A stretch of 64,000 bases of DNA from Octopus sinensis (GCF_006345805.1 NC_043015.1:8618001-8682000); one strand, 5' to 3'. Shown: positions 16,160-29,762, counted from the first letter of the stretch. Notes: generated by a model not told the origin, from the letters alone. A program made the numbers and translations.

Positions 16160-16886
16160 GTGACGCATATCTACCTATCATCAGCGTGTGACAATCATGG
16201 GTGTCGACGAGAAGTCAGCTCCCTTCACAGATACATATACCTTTTCCAGTGTCGATTGACACTGATATTGATAAAGTGAAATCAAACAATGACAAATCTC
16301 AGAGCGAGTTATAAACAGTAGCGGTAACACATCGTGACGCATATTTGCCATTTGAATATGGCTAACTCCTAAGGGTGGATGCTACTGTAGTTTGTAGCCT
16401 CAGGAAGATATCTCCTCCAGCTGGCTATAGACACACTATCTGTGCCCTCTCAGTATTTGTGAAGGGAAGTCATCCTCCCCGTCTCCAACTCATGATACAC
16501 ACGGACTCGAGTTTCAAGGTGTTTACCTATCATCAGCGTGTGACAATCATGGTTGTCGACGAGAAGTCAGCTCCCTTCACAAATACATATACTTTTTCCA
16601 GTGTCGATTGACACTGATATTGAAAAAGTGAAGTCAAACAATGATAAATCTCAGAGCGAGTTATAAACAGTAGCGGTAACACATCGTGACGCATATTTGC
16701 CATTTGAATATGGCTAACCCCTAAGGGCGGATGCTACTGTAGTTTGTAGCCCCAGGATGATATCTCCTCCTGGGGCTACAAAGTACAGTAGCATCCACCC
16801 ATAGGTGTTAGCCATATTCAAATGGCAAATATGCGTCACGATGTGTTACCGCTATGTTTATAACTCGCTCTGAGATTTATCATTGT

Positions 16887-16888
<2 letters not shown>
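16160..16888. mobile_element. Hammerhead-bearing ~353-bp tandem unit (about 1.7 copies) ending in a fold-back (arms ~16638-16758 / ~16769-16888), between TA tracts
   Basis: ACCTATCATCAGCGTGTGACAATCATGG recurs at ~16173 and ~16525. The inverted arm ends at TA at 16888. Confidence 0.85.
16498..16542 (-). ncRNA. Minimal type I hammerhead ribozyme
   Basis: Minus strand reads CACACG-CTGATGA-T-AGGTaaacACCT-T-GAAAC-TCGA-GTC^-CGTGTG. Perfect 6-bp stem I, palindromic ACTCGAGT, GUC triplet. Confidence 0.85.
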
Positions 16889-16919
<31 letters not shown>

Positions 16920-16998
16920 TATATGTATGTATATGTGTATATATATATGTATATATATATGTATATATGCATTATATATATATATATATATATAATAT

Positions 16999-17040
<42 letters not shown>

Positions 17041-19291
17041 ATATGTACATATACATATATATGTATAACTATGTGTGAGTGTGCGTGCGTGGTCATGTGT
17101 GGCTTTCTGACACTGTGTGACCTCACATCACTGCTACAGAACAGTGTAGGTGTATTCACGTACCCGTGAATTGGTGGTTTCCCAAAACAGTCCGCTAGAA
17201 TAAGTACTAGACGCAAAATAAATCATAGTTGTCAATTAAATGACTGAAACAAGTAAAAGAATAACTAATATATATATATATGTGTATGTATATATATATA
17301 TATATATATATACAACATCCGCATCATCATCATGACCTTGATCTTTATAATAACAACGATGAGCTTCATGACAATAGCATAGAATATCTGTCTTCTTGTT
17401 TATTCATTTTAATTAGAAAAGGGATATGCGCAGGAAAAAATGACTAGCCAGTGCAATTCTGGTCAAAAATCATGCACACGAGGAAAATCATATTAACGTA
17501 AACATTGATCGTTGTGACACATTGTTGTGGCAATTATAGTTACTCTTACGACATAGAAAAATACTATGACTGTGGTGGTGAAGACGATAAACATGTTACC
17601 CATACTGTTGCTGTTGGTGCTCTTAATGATAGTGTTGATGATGTTGACATCGACAGTAATGTCAATGATGAGGAGGATAAGGATGATGACAATGGCTGTT
17701 ACTATTATGTTGAAGATGACAACTTCGGCATGGCTGCTACTGCTGACCATGCTGTTTATGATAATAACCTTTTTAATGACAATTATATTCCTGATATTTG
17801 TCACTTCCACGTGCAAGGACATTTTCTATGTGCTTTAGCATGACTTAGTCTTTTTTGAAATCTTTTGTTTTGATAAGAGAATAGCTGGAAATAAAATAGA
17901 AAAGAAAAAATAAAGATAAATATGAAAATAAGAGTAGTTAAAAATTAACTGCTTCCTGCGAGGGAATATCTTGTCAGAGCTAAAGAAATAATCCTTATAT
18001 CACATACCATTTTAGATGATATGCTGTCACATTATCTGAAATTCATGCATCATTTCTAATGTTATTATGAACATATTTTTTTATGCAATCTTTAATTTTC
18101 TTGTCAAAAGTTTTGCAGAATATGCAGAATATGGAAAGCAAACACTATTATAGAATGGAATATTTTGCAAAAGTATGAGGAAACGACGTGAAATTCCATC
18201 TTTGCAAATGATTTGCTCTTTGTGTATAAATGCATGCTTTTTTTCAAATATTAATATTACTTTAATTTGGATACAAATAATTGAAATACATCAAATTACT
18301 AATCAGACACATTTCAACCGTTAACACAACCTCATTTAGTGTGCCACAGCCTACATAGATTACATTATGAAGTGCATAATATTCTGGGTTCTGAATTCTG
18401 GAAAGTATGATAACTAATCCTTTGCGCTGGGAATTTCGACTTTGTTCAAAGCATGATGTATAGTACACGCAGCCTAGCGTTAACTAAAAGATAAGAGCTA
18501 GTACTACGTTATTTCATAACTAAATTTAGCGGTTGTAGCATTTAGTCAGATAAGTATTTGCAACTTGTGCTGAATGTTTTCCATCGTTGCTATCTACGAA
18601 ATATATATATTTCTTAAACAGCCTGGATGTGGAGTGGAAGAGACAGAGATTTTGGCATTGAGCAAGCTCTCAAGATAAGTTTTACGTTTCTGGATATGAA
18701 TGATAAACGTGTACTCATTACCTACTGACCGTATCATTCCAGTCAGAGCATGATGTCTAAATTTTTGGAAAATGACCAGGAGAGATCTTGGTATCTCCTT
18801 AGTATTCGTGAATAAAGGAATCACATTTGATATTCACGGGGTATATGATTGCGGCTAGGTATAGTAAAATTAGTGTAAAACATCTGAAAGCATTTGTATC
18901 AGAGTAGAAATTAAGTGGCCCGATATACTTCGAGAATTGTCTAATGTGTTCACATTTTCTGCACAAGCAAAGAAGTGCACTAATAAACCAGTAGATATAT
19001 TAAATGAGATATTTTCAGTATACAGTATATTTGAACAGAACATCACATAGTTTTTAATGATGTAAAAAAGTGAAAACAGGAAAATATGTAACAGTCATTC
19101 ACAATTAACACCCTTTTCTAAATTTCGATTACATGTGTGATTTGAATATTTAAGTTAGTTATTCATTTCTATACTTGGCTTTTGGGAATTTTGATGTAAA
19201 CAATACGCCTAAGAGAAAACATTATGCAGATCTGGAATAGTAATTAATTTACAGATGTTGGAGATTTTATTTACACACATCAATTATATAA

Positions 19292-19348
<57 letters not shown>

Positions 19349-19934
19349 ATTCAACCATCTTTGGTGATCGATATTTTCATTTTGCCGGAAACTGTAAGAA
19401 AATCTCTTGATTTAACTATACTCTAAAACGCGCATAGATTTGATGTCTAAAACCCGCCGTTTAAAAGTGCAAAGTATATATATATATATACAGACAGACA
19501 GACAGATAAATTCATAGATAGATGAACAGAGATACATGCATATAAAAGCGAAAAGTATTTAACTGTAGATTTCGTTCTATTCTAAGAAGAGTCAAGCATG
19601 GGAGAACGCAAGGATATTTGGGGGAATATATGTATACACATACACAACACAGACATAGATACATACAACCACACACAACTACACTCAAACACATGAACAC
19701 ACACATATATTTATCCATTGTATACATTTAAAATGTAAATATATATATATATATATATTATATAAAAGGGCTTAGTAAAATAAATTACTTTGCCGCATAC
19801 TGAACTCGTTAGAAATAGCAGCTAAAAAAACTATTTCTAACACTTAAAGAAAACCTCTCTCATATAGTGCTTGCTCAATTCAACCAAGAAAGTATGAGGG
19901 TAGAGACATTAAAAAATCAAATGCAAAGGTTATT

Positions 19935-19987
19935 TGAGTACGTACGTTTCAAGATTAGCCAAATTCGACCCTTCTCTCGTCAGCTCA
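19935..19987 (-). ncRNA. Type I hammerhead (first of 4 complete minus-strand copies in the left arm)
   Basis: Reverse complement of the motif at 22452-22504. Confidence 0.8.
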
Positions 19988-22451
19988 GAATGCCCTTGTT
20001 TGAGTTGAAAACACTGAAAATGGGAGCATACCCTTTCGGCTTGTTATCGCTTCTGAAGATCTGTTCCCAACTAACAGTGCTAGCTAACTCAAATATGCAA
20101 GAGAAAAATTTCTGTTCTCCCCTTTCCACCAGCGTGGGTTAAAATCAGCAAACACTATGTTTTTTTCGGTAAAATCCAAGACAATTAAGTAGAGAGAGAT
20201 GAATTATAATTTCAACAATTGAGGGTAAAATTAATTAATTAATTAATCAATTTCACCAAGTATTCAGTATGCAAAGGACCATTTAAGGTAAATTCAAATT
20301 ATTACATTATATAAAAGGGCTTAGTAAAATAAATTACTTTGCCGCATACTGAACTCGTAGAAATAGCAGCTAAAAAAACTATTTCTAACACTTAAAGAAA
20401 ACCTCTCTCATATAGTGCTTGCTCAATTCAACCCAAGAAAGTATGAGGGTAGAGACATTAAAAAATCAAATGCAAAGGTATTTTGAGTACGTACGTTTCA
20501 AGATTAGCCAAATTCGACCCTTCTCTCGTCAGCTCAGAATGCCCTTGTTTGAGTTGAAAACACTGAAAATGGGAGCATACCCTTTCGGCTTGTTATCGCT
20601 TCTGAGATCTGTTCCCAACTAACAGTGCTAGCTAACTCAAATATGCAAGAGAAAAATTTCTGTTCTCCCCTTCCACCAGCGTGGGTTTAAATCAGCAAAC
20701 CTATGTTTTTTTTCGGTAAAATCCAAGACAATTAAGTAGAGAGAGATGAATTATAATTTCAACAATTGAGGGTAAAATTAATTAATTAATTAATCAATTT
20801 CACCAAGTATTCAGTATGCAAAGGGACCATTTAAGGTAAATTCAAATTTTACATTAATAATAAAAGGGCTTAGTAAAATAAATTACTTTGCCGCATACTG
20901 AACTCGTTAGAAATAGCAGCTAAAAAAACTATTTCTAACACTTAAAGAAAACCTCTCTCATATAGTGCTTGCTCAATTCAACCCAAGAAAGTATAAGGGT
21001 AGAGACATTAAAAAATCAATGCAAAGGTTATTTGAGTACGTACCGTTTCAAGATTAGCCAAATTCGACCATTATCTCGTCAGCTCAGAATGCCCTTGTTT
21101 GAGTTTGAAAACACTGAAAATGGGAGGCATACCCTTTCGGCTTGTTATCGTTTGCGCTGTTCTTGTTCCCCTAACAGTGCTAGCTAACTCAAAAAATATG
21201 CAAGAGAAAAATTTCTGTTCTCCCCTTTCCACCAGCGTGGGTTAAAATCAGCAAACACTATGTTTTTTTCGGTTCAAATCAAGACAAATAAGTAGAGAGA
21301 GATGAATTATAATTTCAACAATTGAGGGTAAAATTAATTAATTAATTAATCAATTTCACCAAGTATTCAGTATGCAAAGGACCATTTAAGGTAAATTCAA
21401 ATTATTACATTATATAAAAGGGCTTAGTAAAATCAAATTACTTTGCCGCATACTGAACTCGTTAGAAATAGCAGCTAAAAAAACTATTTCTAACACTTAA
21501 AGAAACTCTCTCATATAGTGCTTGCTCAATTCAACCCAAGAAAGTATGGGTAGAGACATTAAAAATATCAAATGCAAAAGTCTATGTGAGTACGTACGTT
21601 TCAAGATTAGCCAAATTCGACCCTTCTCTCGTCAGCTCAGAATGCCTTGTTTGAGTTTGAAAACACTGAAAAATGGAGAGCATACCCTTTCGGCTTGTTA
21701 TCGCTTCTGAAGATCTGTTCCCAACTAACAGTGCTAGCTAACTCAAATATGCAAGAGAAAAATTTCTGTTCTCCCCATTCCACCAGCGTGGGTTAAATTC
21801 AGCAAACACTATGTTTTTTTTCGGTAAAATCCAAGACAATTATAGTAGAGAGAGATGAATTATAATTTCAACAATTGAGGGTAAAATTAATTAATTAATT
21901 AAGCAATTTCACCAAGTATTCAGTATGCAAAGGGACCATTTAAGGTAAATTCAAATTATTACATTATATAAAAGGGCTTAGTAAAATAAATTACTTTGCC
22001 GCATACTGAACTCGTTAGAAATAGCAGCTAAAAAAACTATTTCTAACACTTAAAGAAAACCTCTCTCATATAGTGCTTGCTCAATTCAACCCAAGAAAGT
22101 ATGAGGGTAGAGACATTAAAAAATCAAATGCAAAGGTTATTTGAGTACGTACGTTTCAAGATTTGAATACTGAATACTTGGTGAAATTGATTAATTAATT
22201 AATTAATTTTACCCTCAATTGTTGAAATTATAATTCATCTCTCTCTACTTAATTGTCTTGGATTTTACCGAAAAAAAACATAGTGTTTGCTGATTTTAAC
22301 CCACGCTGGTGGAAAGGGGAGAACAGAAATTTTTCTCTTGCATATTTGAGTTAGCTAGCACTGTTAGTTGGGAACAGATCTTCAGAAGCGATAACAAGCC
22401 GAAAGGGTATGCTCCCATTTTCAGTGTTTTCAAACTCAAACAAGGGCATTC

Positions 22452-22504
22452 TGAGCTGACGAGAGAAGGGTCGAATTTGGCTAATCTTGAAACGTACGTA
22501 CTCA
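22452..22504 (+). ncRNA. Type I hammerhead (first of 5 plus-strand copies; others begin at ~23010, 23560, 24108, 24659)
   Basis: TGAG-CTGACGA-GAGAagggtcgaatttggctaaTCTT-GAAAC-GTAC-GTA^-CTCA. Palindromic ACGTACGT. Confidence 0.8.
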
Positions 22505-25315
22505 AATAACCTTTGCATTTGATTTTTTAATGTCTCTACCCTCATACTTTCTTGGGTTGAATTGAGCAAGCACTATATGAGAGAGGTTTTCTTTAAGTGT
22601 TAGAAATAGTTTTTTTAGCTGCTATTTCTAACGAGTTCAGTATGCGGCAAAGTAATTTATTTTACTAAGCCCTTTTATATAATGTAATAATTTGAATTTA
22701 CCTTAAATGGTCCCTTTGCATACTGAATACTTGGTGAAATTGATTAATTAATTAATTAATTTTACCCTCAATTGTTGAAATTATAATTCATCTCTCTCTA
22801 CTTAATTGTCTTGGATTTTACCGAAAAAAAACATAGTGTTTGCTGATTTTAACCCACGCTGGTGGAAGGGAAAGGGGAGAACAGAAATTTTTCTCTTGCA
22901 TATTTGAGTTAGCTAGCACTGTTAGTTGGGAACAGATCTTCAGAAGCGATAACAAGCCGAAAGGGTATGCTCCCATTTTCAGTGTTTTCAAACTCAAACA
23001 AGGGCATTCTGAGCTGACGAGAGAAGGGTCGAATTTGGCTAATCTTGAAACGTACGTACTCAAATAACCTTTGCATTTGATTTTTTAATGTCTCTACCCT
23101 CATACTTTCTTGGGTTGAATTGAGCAAGCACTATATGAGAGAGGTTTTCTTTAAGTGTTAGAAATAGTTTTTTTAGCTGCTATTTCTAACGAGTTCAGTA
23201 TGCGGCAAAGTAATTTATTTTACTAAGCCCTTTTATATAATGTAATAATTTGAATTTACCTTAAATGGTCCCTTTGCATACTGAATACTTGGTGAAATTG
23301 ATTAATTAATTAATTAATTTTACCCTCAATTGTTGAAATTATAATTCATCTCTCTCTACTTAATTGTCTTGGATTTTACCGAAAAAAAACATAGTGTTTG
23401 CTGATTTTAACCCACGCTGGTGGAAAGGGGAGAACAGAAATTTTTCTCTCGCATATTTGAGTTAGCTAGCACTGTTAGTGGGAACAGATCTTCAGAAGCG
23501 ATAACAAGCCGAAAGGTATGCTCCCATTTTCAGTGTTTTCAAACTCAAACAAGGGCATCTGAGCTGACGAGAGAAGGGTCGAATTGGCTAATCTTGAAAC
23601 GTACGTACTCAAATAACCTTTGCATTTGATTTTTTAATGTCTCTACCCTCATACTTTCTTGGGTTGAATTGAGCAAGCACTATATGAGAGAGGTTTTCTT
23701 TAAGTGTTAGAAATAGTTTTTTTAGCTGCTATTTCTAACGAGTTCAGTATGCGGCAAAGTAATTATTTTACTAAGCCCTTTTATATAATGTATAATTTGA
23801 ATTTACCTTAAATGGTCCCTTTGCATACTGAATATTGGTGAAATTGATTAATTAATTAATTAATTTTACCCTCAATTGTTGAAATTATAATTCATCTCTC
23901 TCTACTTATTGTCTTGGATTTTACCGAAAAAAAACATAGTGTTTGCTGATTTTAACCCACGCTGGTGGAAAGGGGAGAACAGAAATTTTTCTCTTGCATA
24001 TTTGAGTTAGCTAGCACTGTTAGTTGGGAACAGATCTTCAGAAGCGATAACAAGCCGAAAGGGTATGCTCCCATTTTCAGTGTTTTCAAACTCAAACAAG
24101 GGCATTCTGAGCTGACGAGAGAAGGGTCGAATTTGGCTAATCTTGAAACGTACGTACTCAAATAACCTTTGCATTTGATTTTTTAATGTCTCTACCCTCA
24201 TACTTTCTTGGGTGAATTGAGCAAGCACTATATGAGAGAGGTTTTCTTAAGTGTTAGAAATAGTTTTTTTAGCTGCTATTTCTAACGAGTTCAGTATGCG
24301 GCAAAGTAATTTATTTTACTAAGCCCTTTTATATAATGTAATAATTTGAATTTACCTTAAATGGTCCCTTTGCATACTGAATACTTGGTGAAATTGATTA
24401 ATTAATTAATTAATTTTACCCTCAATTGTTGAAATTATAATTCATCTCTCTCTACTTAATTGTCTTGGATTTTACCGAAAAAAAACATAGTGTTTGCTGA
24501 TTTTAACCCACGCTGGTGGAAAGGGGAGAACAGAAATTTTTCTCTTGCATATTTGAGTTAGCTAGCACTGTTAGTTGGGAACAGATCTTCAGAAGCGATA
24601 ACAAGCCGAAAGGGTATGCTCCCATTTTCAGTGTTTTCAAACTCAAACAAGGGCATTCTGAGCTGACGAGAGAAGGGTCGAATTTGGCTAATCTTGAAAC
24701 GTACGTACTCAAATAACCTTTGCATTTGATTTTTTAATGTCTCTACCCTCATACTTTCTTGGGTTGAATTGAGCAAGCACTATATGAGAGAGGTTTTCTT
24801 TAAGTGTTAGAAATAGTTTTTTTAGCTGCTATTTCTAACGAGTTCAGTATGCGGCAAAGTAATTTATTTTACTAAGCCCTTTTATATAATGTAATAATTT
24901 GAATTTACCTTAAATGGTCCCTTTGCATACTGAATACTTGGTGAAATTGATTAATTAATTAATTAATTTTACCCTCAATTGTTGAAATTATATATATATA
25001 TATATATTATATACAGCTCAAAATATACATTTATATATACACACGTTTTTGCAGATATCGAGTAAATGTATGTTTGTGTGTGTGCGTGTTTGTGACTGTG
25101 TGTCTTTTCGTTAGTGTATAGGAATACATATCGTTTCAACCAAACGGAATTTCTTGGCAAGATTTTAAAATACAACCGTTTACTATATGTTGCCTGTATT
25201 TGTGTTTTATGGACTGAGGTGCTGTAAAGATATGCATATATATTTACACACACACCTGTATATATATATACATATATATATATATATTTTTATATATATA
25301 TATATTATATATATA

Positions 25316-25359
<44 letters not shown>

Positions 25360-26032
25360 TTACATATATACTCACACATACAAACACACACAAAGCGCGC
25401 GAGCAAACACACAACCACACACATACACATGCATACACACATATGTATAGGTATATGTTTAATAAAATTAGTTTTCTCAGTTTTCCTTATTCCTCACAGC
25501 TCTATTATCGATCTTACATTTTTCTTTTCTGCAGGTGAGTGAAACTCACCAAAATCGAAGTATCGCTGAAATTGTAAGTTGTTATTTTTGGAATTTCTTC
25601 CATATTTCTTCATTCTTCCTTTTATGTTTATTTTCTTAAAAAGTTTCTGATTTACTGCAGGAAATGAAATATGCAACGTGGTAAACTAGGGTTGTAAATA
25701 TCAGATAAGTAGCGATTTATGTCCCACGCACACATTCTAAAATGTAGTTAAACATACGAGGAAATATACATAGATCCGTAGATTACATGATTTATATTAC
25801 AGTGCAACACAACGGATACATAGCAAAAATTTTACTTCACGATCTCACAGGCCTACACCTTAATGCCATTCACTATGATACTCAAGTCCCCCAAAATTAC
25901 AAGTGCTCGCCCAATAAAGAAACACATGTACATACATATCCATAGTTACATTCTACTTGAATTTCTCTCACTCACACACACACGCATTACATATGCCTCT
26001 TATACTCGCTCTCTCTCTCTCTCTCTCTCTCT

Positions 26033-26068
<36 letters not shown>

Positions 26069-26462
26069 CTCATACACATGGATATATATAGCAAAGATGT
26101 ACAACTAAAATATGTGATTTGAGGTGAAAAGTATAAAAAACATTATCATGAGTCAAAATAGAAAGCCATATCGTTTTGCCACCGCTGTTCATTGACTTTC
26201 AATATCAATGAACTGTGATAACGAGTCGGTACGACATTCTATACTGATTCATGATAATGATTTTTATACGTCTTCATTCTACCACAAAATATTTATATGT
26301 ATATACTTTTGTTTCATAAAAATCGATCCATTAGTTTTATACCTAGTGTGCAATGTGCATTTAATTTGTTTCCTTTTACTTTCCCATATAACACGAGTAG
26401 GTTTTCATGTACCCGTTTCTTATATATATATATATATATATAATATATATATATATATAAGG

Positions 26463-26876
26463 AAGGATATCCAGAGGTAATTCAGTACGATCGTTTCATG
26501 CTACACCATTTAACTGAACAAAGCACATATTACATCAGTTTGAAAATGTAGAGCAATCTTCAGCTGCATAGAAATATAGAATTTATTTAAATTCAAAGGA
26601 TTCATTTGTATTGTTATTCAATTAATCATAATCACAATGAGAATAAGTAGAGCGACAAACAATATATTTCATCAACAGCGAAGCAAGCTCTTTTTCTATC
26701 TATTGATATTTTTTGTGATTTTGGCTAATTGAATTAAATCCTTTGAATTTAACTAAATTTTATATTTCTATGCAGGTGAAGATTGCTCTACATTTTAAAA
26801 CTGATGTAATATATGCATTGTTCAATTAAATGGAGTCGCATGAAACGATCGTGCTGCATTACCTCTGGATATCCTT
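26463..26876. repeat. Diverged fold-back inverted repeat with a hammerhead in each arm, between TA tracts
   Basis: Arm consensus ATGCAG-CTGAAGA-T-TGC...GCA-T-GAAAC-GATC-GTA^-CTGCAT. The left arm (- strand, 26480-26569) keeps the core. The right arm (+ strand, 26770-26859) has GTGAAGA and GTG mutations. Confidence 0.8.
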
Positions 26877-26972
26877 GTTGCTCATCTTGATTGTAATCAC
26901 CACATTTTGAATTATATGGATAATAGCATACTAAATTCTGGTGCTTTTAACGTATGTACCATATTCAACTGA

Positions 26973-27055
<83 letters not shown>

Positions 27056-27190
27056 GTATATATATGTATATACATATATATGTATATATATGTATATATA
27101 TCCATATATATATATATATGTGTGTCTATGTGTATATATATATATGTATATTTTTGTTTGTTTCAGCTCAGAACTGCGGCCATGATGCTG

Positions 27191-27250
<60 letters not shown>

Positions 27251-27724
27251 TTCTCAAGTCAATGTTTGAACAAGTTTGTAATTCATAATTCATTCGTACT
27301 CATCTTTTCAAAATATCATTATTAATTGCAAAAGGCATGTTGCACATATTTTATAAATTTAAGAATCAGGAACGCACAAAATCACAAATATTTCTTCGAC
27401 TGGAATTTAGAAACATCCGAAGAGGCAGAGAGCAATGTTTTTTTTCAACTCGTGTGTCTATCTTTCATATCGAATGTCCTGATATTCAAAGCGATCGACC
27501 TTTTTTCGATAGATATCATTCTTCTGCGTGAAATCAAGAAGTCATATTCTTTAAATCACGTATAATTTCTTTCCAGTCCAAGTTTCTGAGTTTGTTGCAA
27601 GAATCATAAGTTAAACAATACGGCATATATTACTGCATCACTAAGATGGCATTTGCAGTGTGAATTTTGTGGTTATTCCATAAAGACACTGCTTTAACAA
27701 TAGTCCGCCTATTCTTATATTTTA

Positions 27725-28033
27725 CATGCAGTACCGCCCGGCGTTGCTCGGGTTTGTAAGGGAAATAACTATATAAGCATTTTTAGAGAGTTACTTCCCT
27801 TATATAATAGCAAAAAAATTGCATTAAAATGAGAAAAAATGATGGTAATTATTTTTAAATCGTAGACTCATCGTAGACTCATCGTAGACGCGCGCTAATA
27901 CCCAGAAGGGCTCGATATGAATCCCGACTATAAGATAACCGCTTTTGGTTACACTGCACCTTAAAATGTGGGAGTAGTTAGGAATCTAAATCGTAGGAGA
28001 CAGACACACAACTTCACTTTTATATATAAAGAT
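27725..28033 (+). mobile_element. Non-autonomous Helentron-associated (DINE-1/Lep1-like) element
   Basis: 5' CAGTACCGCCCGGCGTTGCTCGGG inverted motif, an internal 11-bp repeat (TCGTAGACTCA, about 3 copies), and a 3' ACAGACACAC...TTTTATATATAAAGAT end. Confidence 0.55.
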
Positions 28034-28526
28034 ATGTTTGGACGACTTTGCGTTATAGTCAGTATGTTATGTAACATTAGCAATGCACCTATAAATATAT
28101 ACATTCTAGGAAAGCTGTGCATAATATGTAGATTAAATGTGGTCACAATTTCAGATATTAAGTAACCAGAATTACAAGTGTTTTAATGCTTTTAATATAA
28201 CATCATATACTTTCAGATTTACAAAATTTTTGCTTCAAAGTTTCAACGGAAATTTTCTGATATGTTTTAAATTCAAAGATTGAATATCTGCTAAGTGAAA
28301 AAAAAATGTTGGTTCTTATATCACAAGTAAAGGCGCAAAGTTGATATTATTCTTTAAGAAATAAAATATATTTCTATAAAAAGATAAGAAAATTTTGAAA
28401 ATTCAGAATTTACACGCGCTTTTACGCATTTTGATGTGAACAACAAAGATAACCGCTTACACCCGCATATGTAAGAGCATATACATTCGTATGTATATAC
28501 ACACATGCATTCACATGCGTATGTAT

Positions 28527-28571
<45 letters not shown>

Positions 28572-28935
28572 CAGATAGATAGATAGATACACACATTTAT
28601 ATACATACGTATTTAAATATTAAAAAATATATATATATATGCATCTATATGTGTATGTATACACGCACACACATACATATATGTGTGCGTATGTATACAT
28701 ATGAAAAGCAATGTCTGATAGATTTTTGTATCTACTTCCTATATAGGCATTTCGTAGAAAATTCATACGTAGGATATCTTGATTTAAACAAACAAAGAAA
28801 ACAATTGTGCGTTCTTTTCTTATTAAAGATAGAGATCAAAAACCACTTCTTGGTATTTGGATAATAAGTCGACGAAAAATATGCATCAGATGTAAATATA
28901 TACATATATGCAGTTATATATATATATATATATAT

Positions 28936-28977
<42 letters not shown>

Positions 28978-29680
28978 TTATTTGTTTACCACTGAAAGAA
29001 AGTACTTTAAAGAGTGATTTAATCTCCACAATATTGCGCTTACCGTTCACGCAAGCGAAAAAAATATATGTTGCTTTTTGATATTCCTTGATATGATTTG
29101 ATGAATATTTTCCTTTCGCCTAGTAGACCAGTTCAGTTATATGAATTCCTTATAAATGATTAAGTGAGGACTTTCTTATACAATAAACTACATATTATGA
29201 AATTAGTTTCGTTCAAATTTAACACTCAGATTTTAATTATAAATTCCAGTTTAAATTTCTATAGAAGATTCGAAATAAAGATCATATTATTCTGGATATT
29301 GTTGCACATTAATTAGCATACATTATATAGATTGATTCAAGTCTGCATATATAAATTCACAGTAGGAGACACTGGGCTTATACATCCATTTACATTTATA
29401 TTTCTTCCTACTCCCGGTGACGAAAGTTACACTTTCTTCTCGAGAACATGTGAAGCATAAGTATAAAATATAACTAATGATTAGCTATATGCATGTATTT
29501 TAATATTTGGCATATTTGCATTGGCAGTTACTACGCTTATATATCTATATATATAGATATATGCATGGTACGTATAAGTGTGTGTGCGTATGTGTGTCTA
29601 TGTATACATATATATGTATGTACGTAGGCATGCATATATGTAAATATTTATAAATATAGATAATCTACAAGTATTTATGC

Positions 29681-29713
<33 letters not shown>

Positions 29714-29725
29714 TTATATATATAT

Positions 29726-29762
<37 letters not shown>

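Larger units (their letters stand above)
19758..24992. repeat. Tandem array of ~552-bp hammerhead-containing units with a central inversion at 22163/22164, flanked by (TA)n
   Basis: About 4.3 units in one orientation, then about 5.1 units inverted. The short ORFs repeat at ~550-bp spacing. Confidence 0.95.

Noticed and set aside
17493-17843. Asp-rich 112-aa ORF
   Set aside because: This is decayed (GAT/GAC/GTT)n trinucleotide sequence that is open in several frames.
19867-24776. Repeated 60-90 aa ORFs (MLNSTQESMRVETLK..., MERGEQKFF...) as a tandem small-protein family
   Set aside because: They occur on both strands, are broken by indels at different places and have no recognisable domain. 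The conserved feature of the unit is RNA structure.
25118-25190. Minus-strand GAAAC-GATAT-GTA half motif next to array 1
   Set aside because: No CUGANGA half was found. It may be a truncated relic but cannot be supported.
25515-25580. Possible 39-nt exon (TTTTCTGCAG|GTGAGTGAAAC...GAAATT|GTAAGT)
   Set aside because: The splice-like signals are good, but there are no partner exons or homology, so it cannot be supported without RNA-seq.
26760-26815. Possible small exon (TTCTATGCAG|GTGAAGATTGC...GTAATA)
   Set aside because: The apparent acceptor is the mutated stem I/core of a hammerhead, and it is mirrored in the inverted arm.
27326-27565. ORFs and a possible minus-strand terminal exon (KNDIYRKKVDRFEYQDIRYER*)
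   Set aside because: No recognisable homology; compatible with chance in AT-rich DNA.
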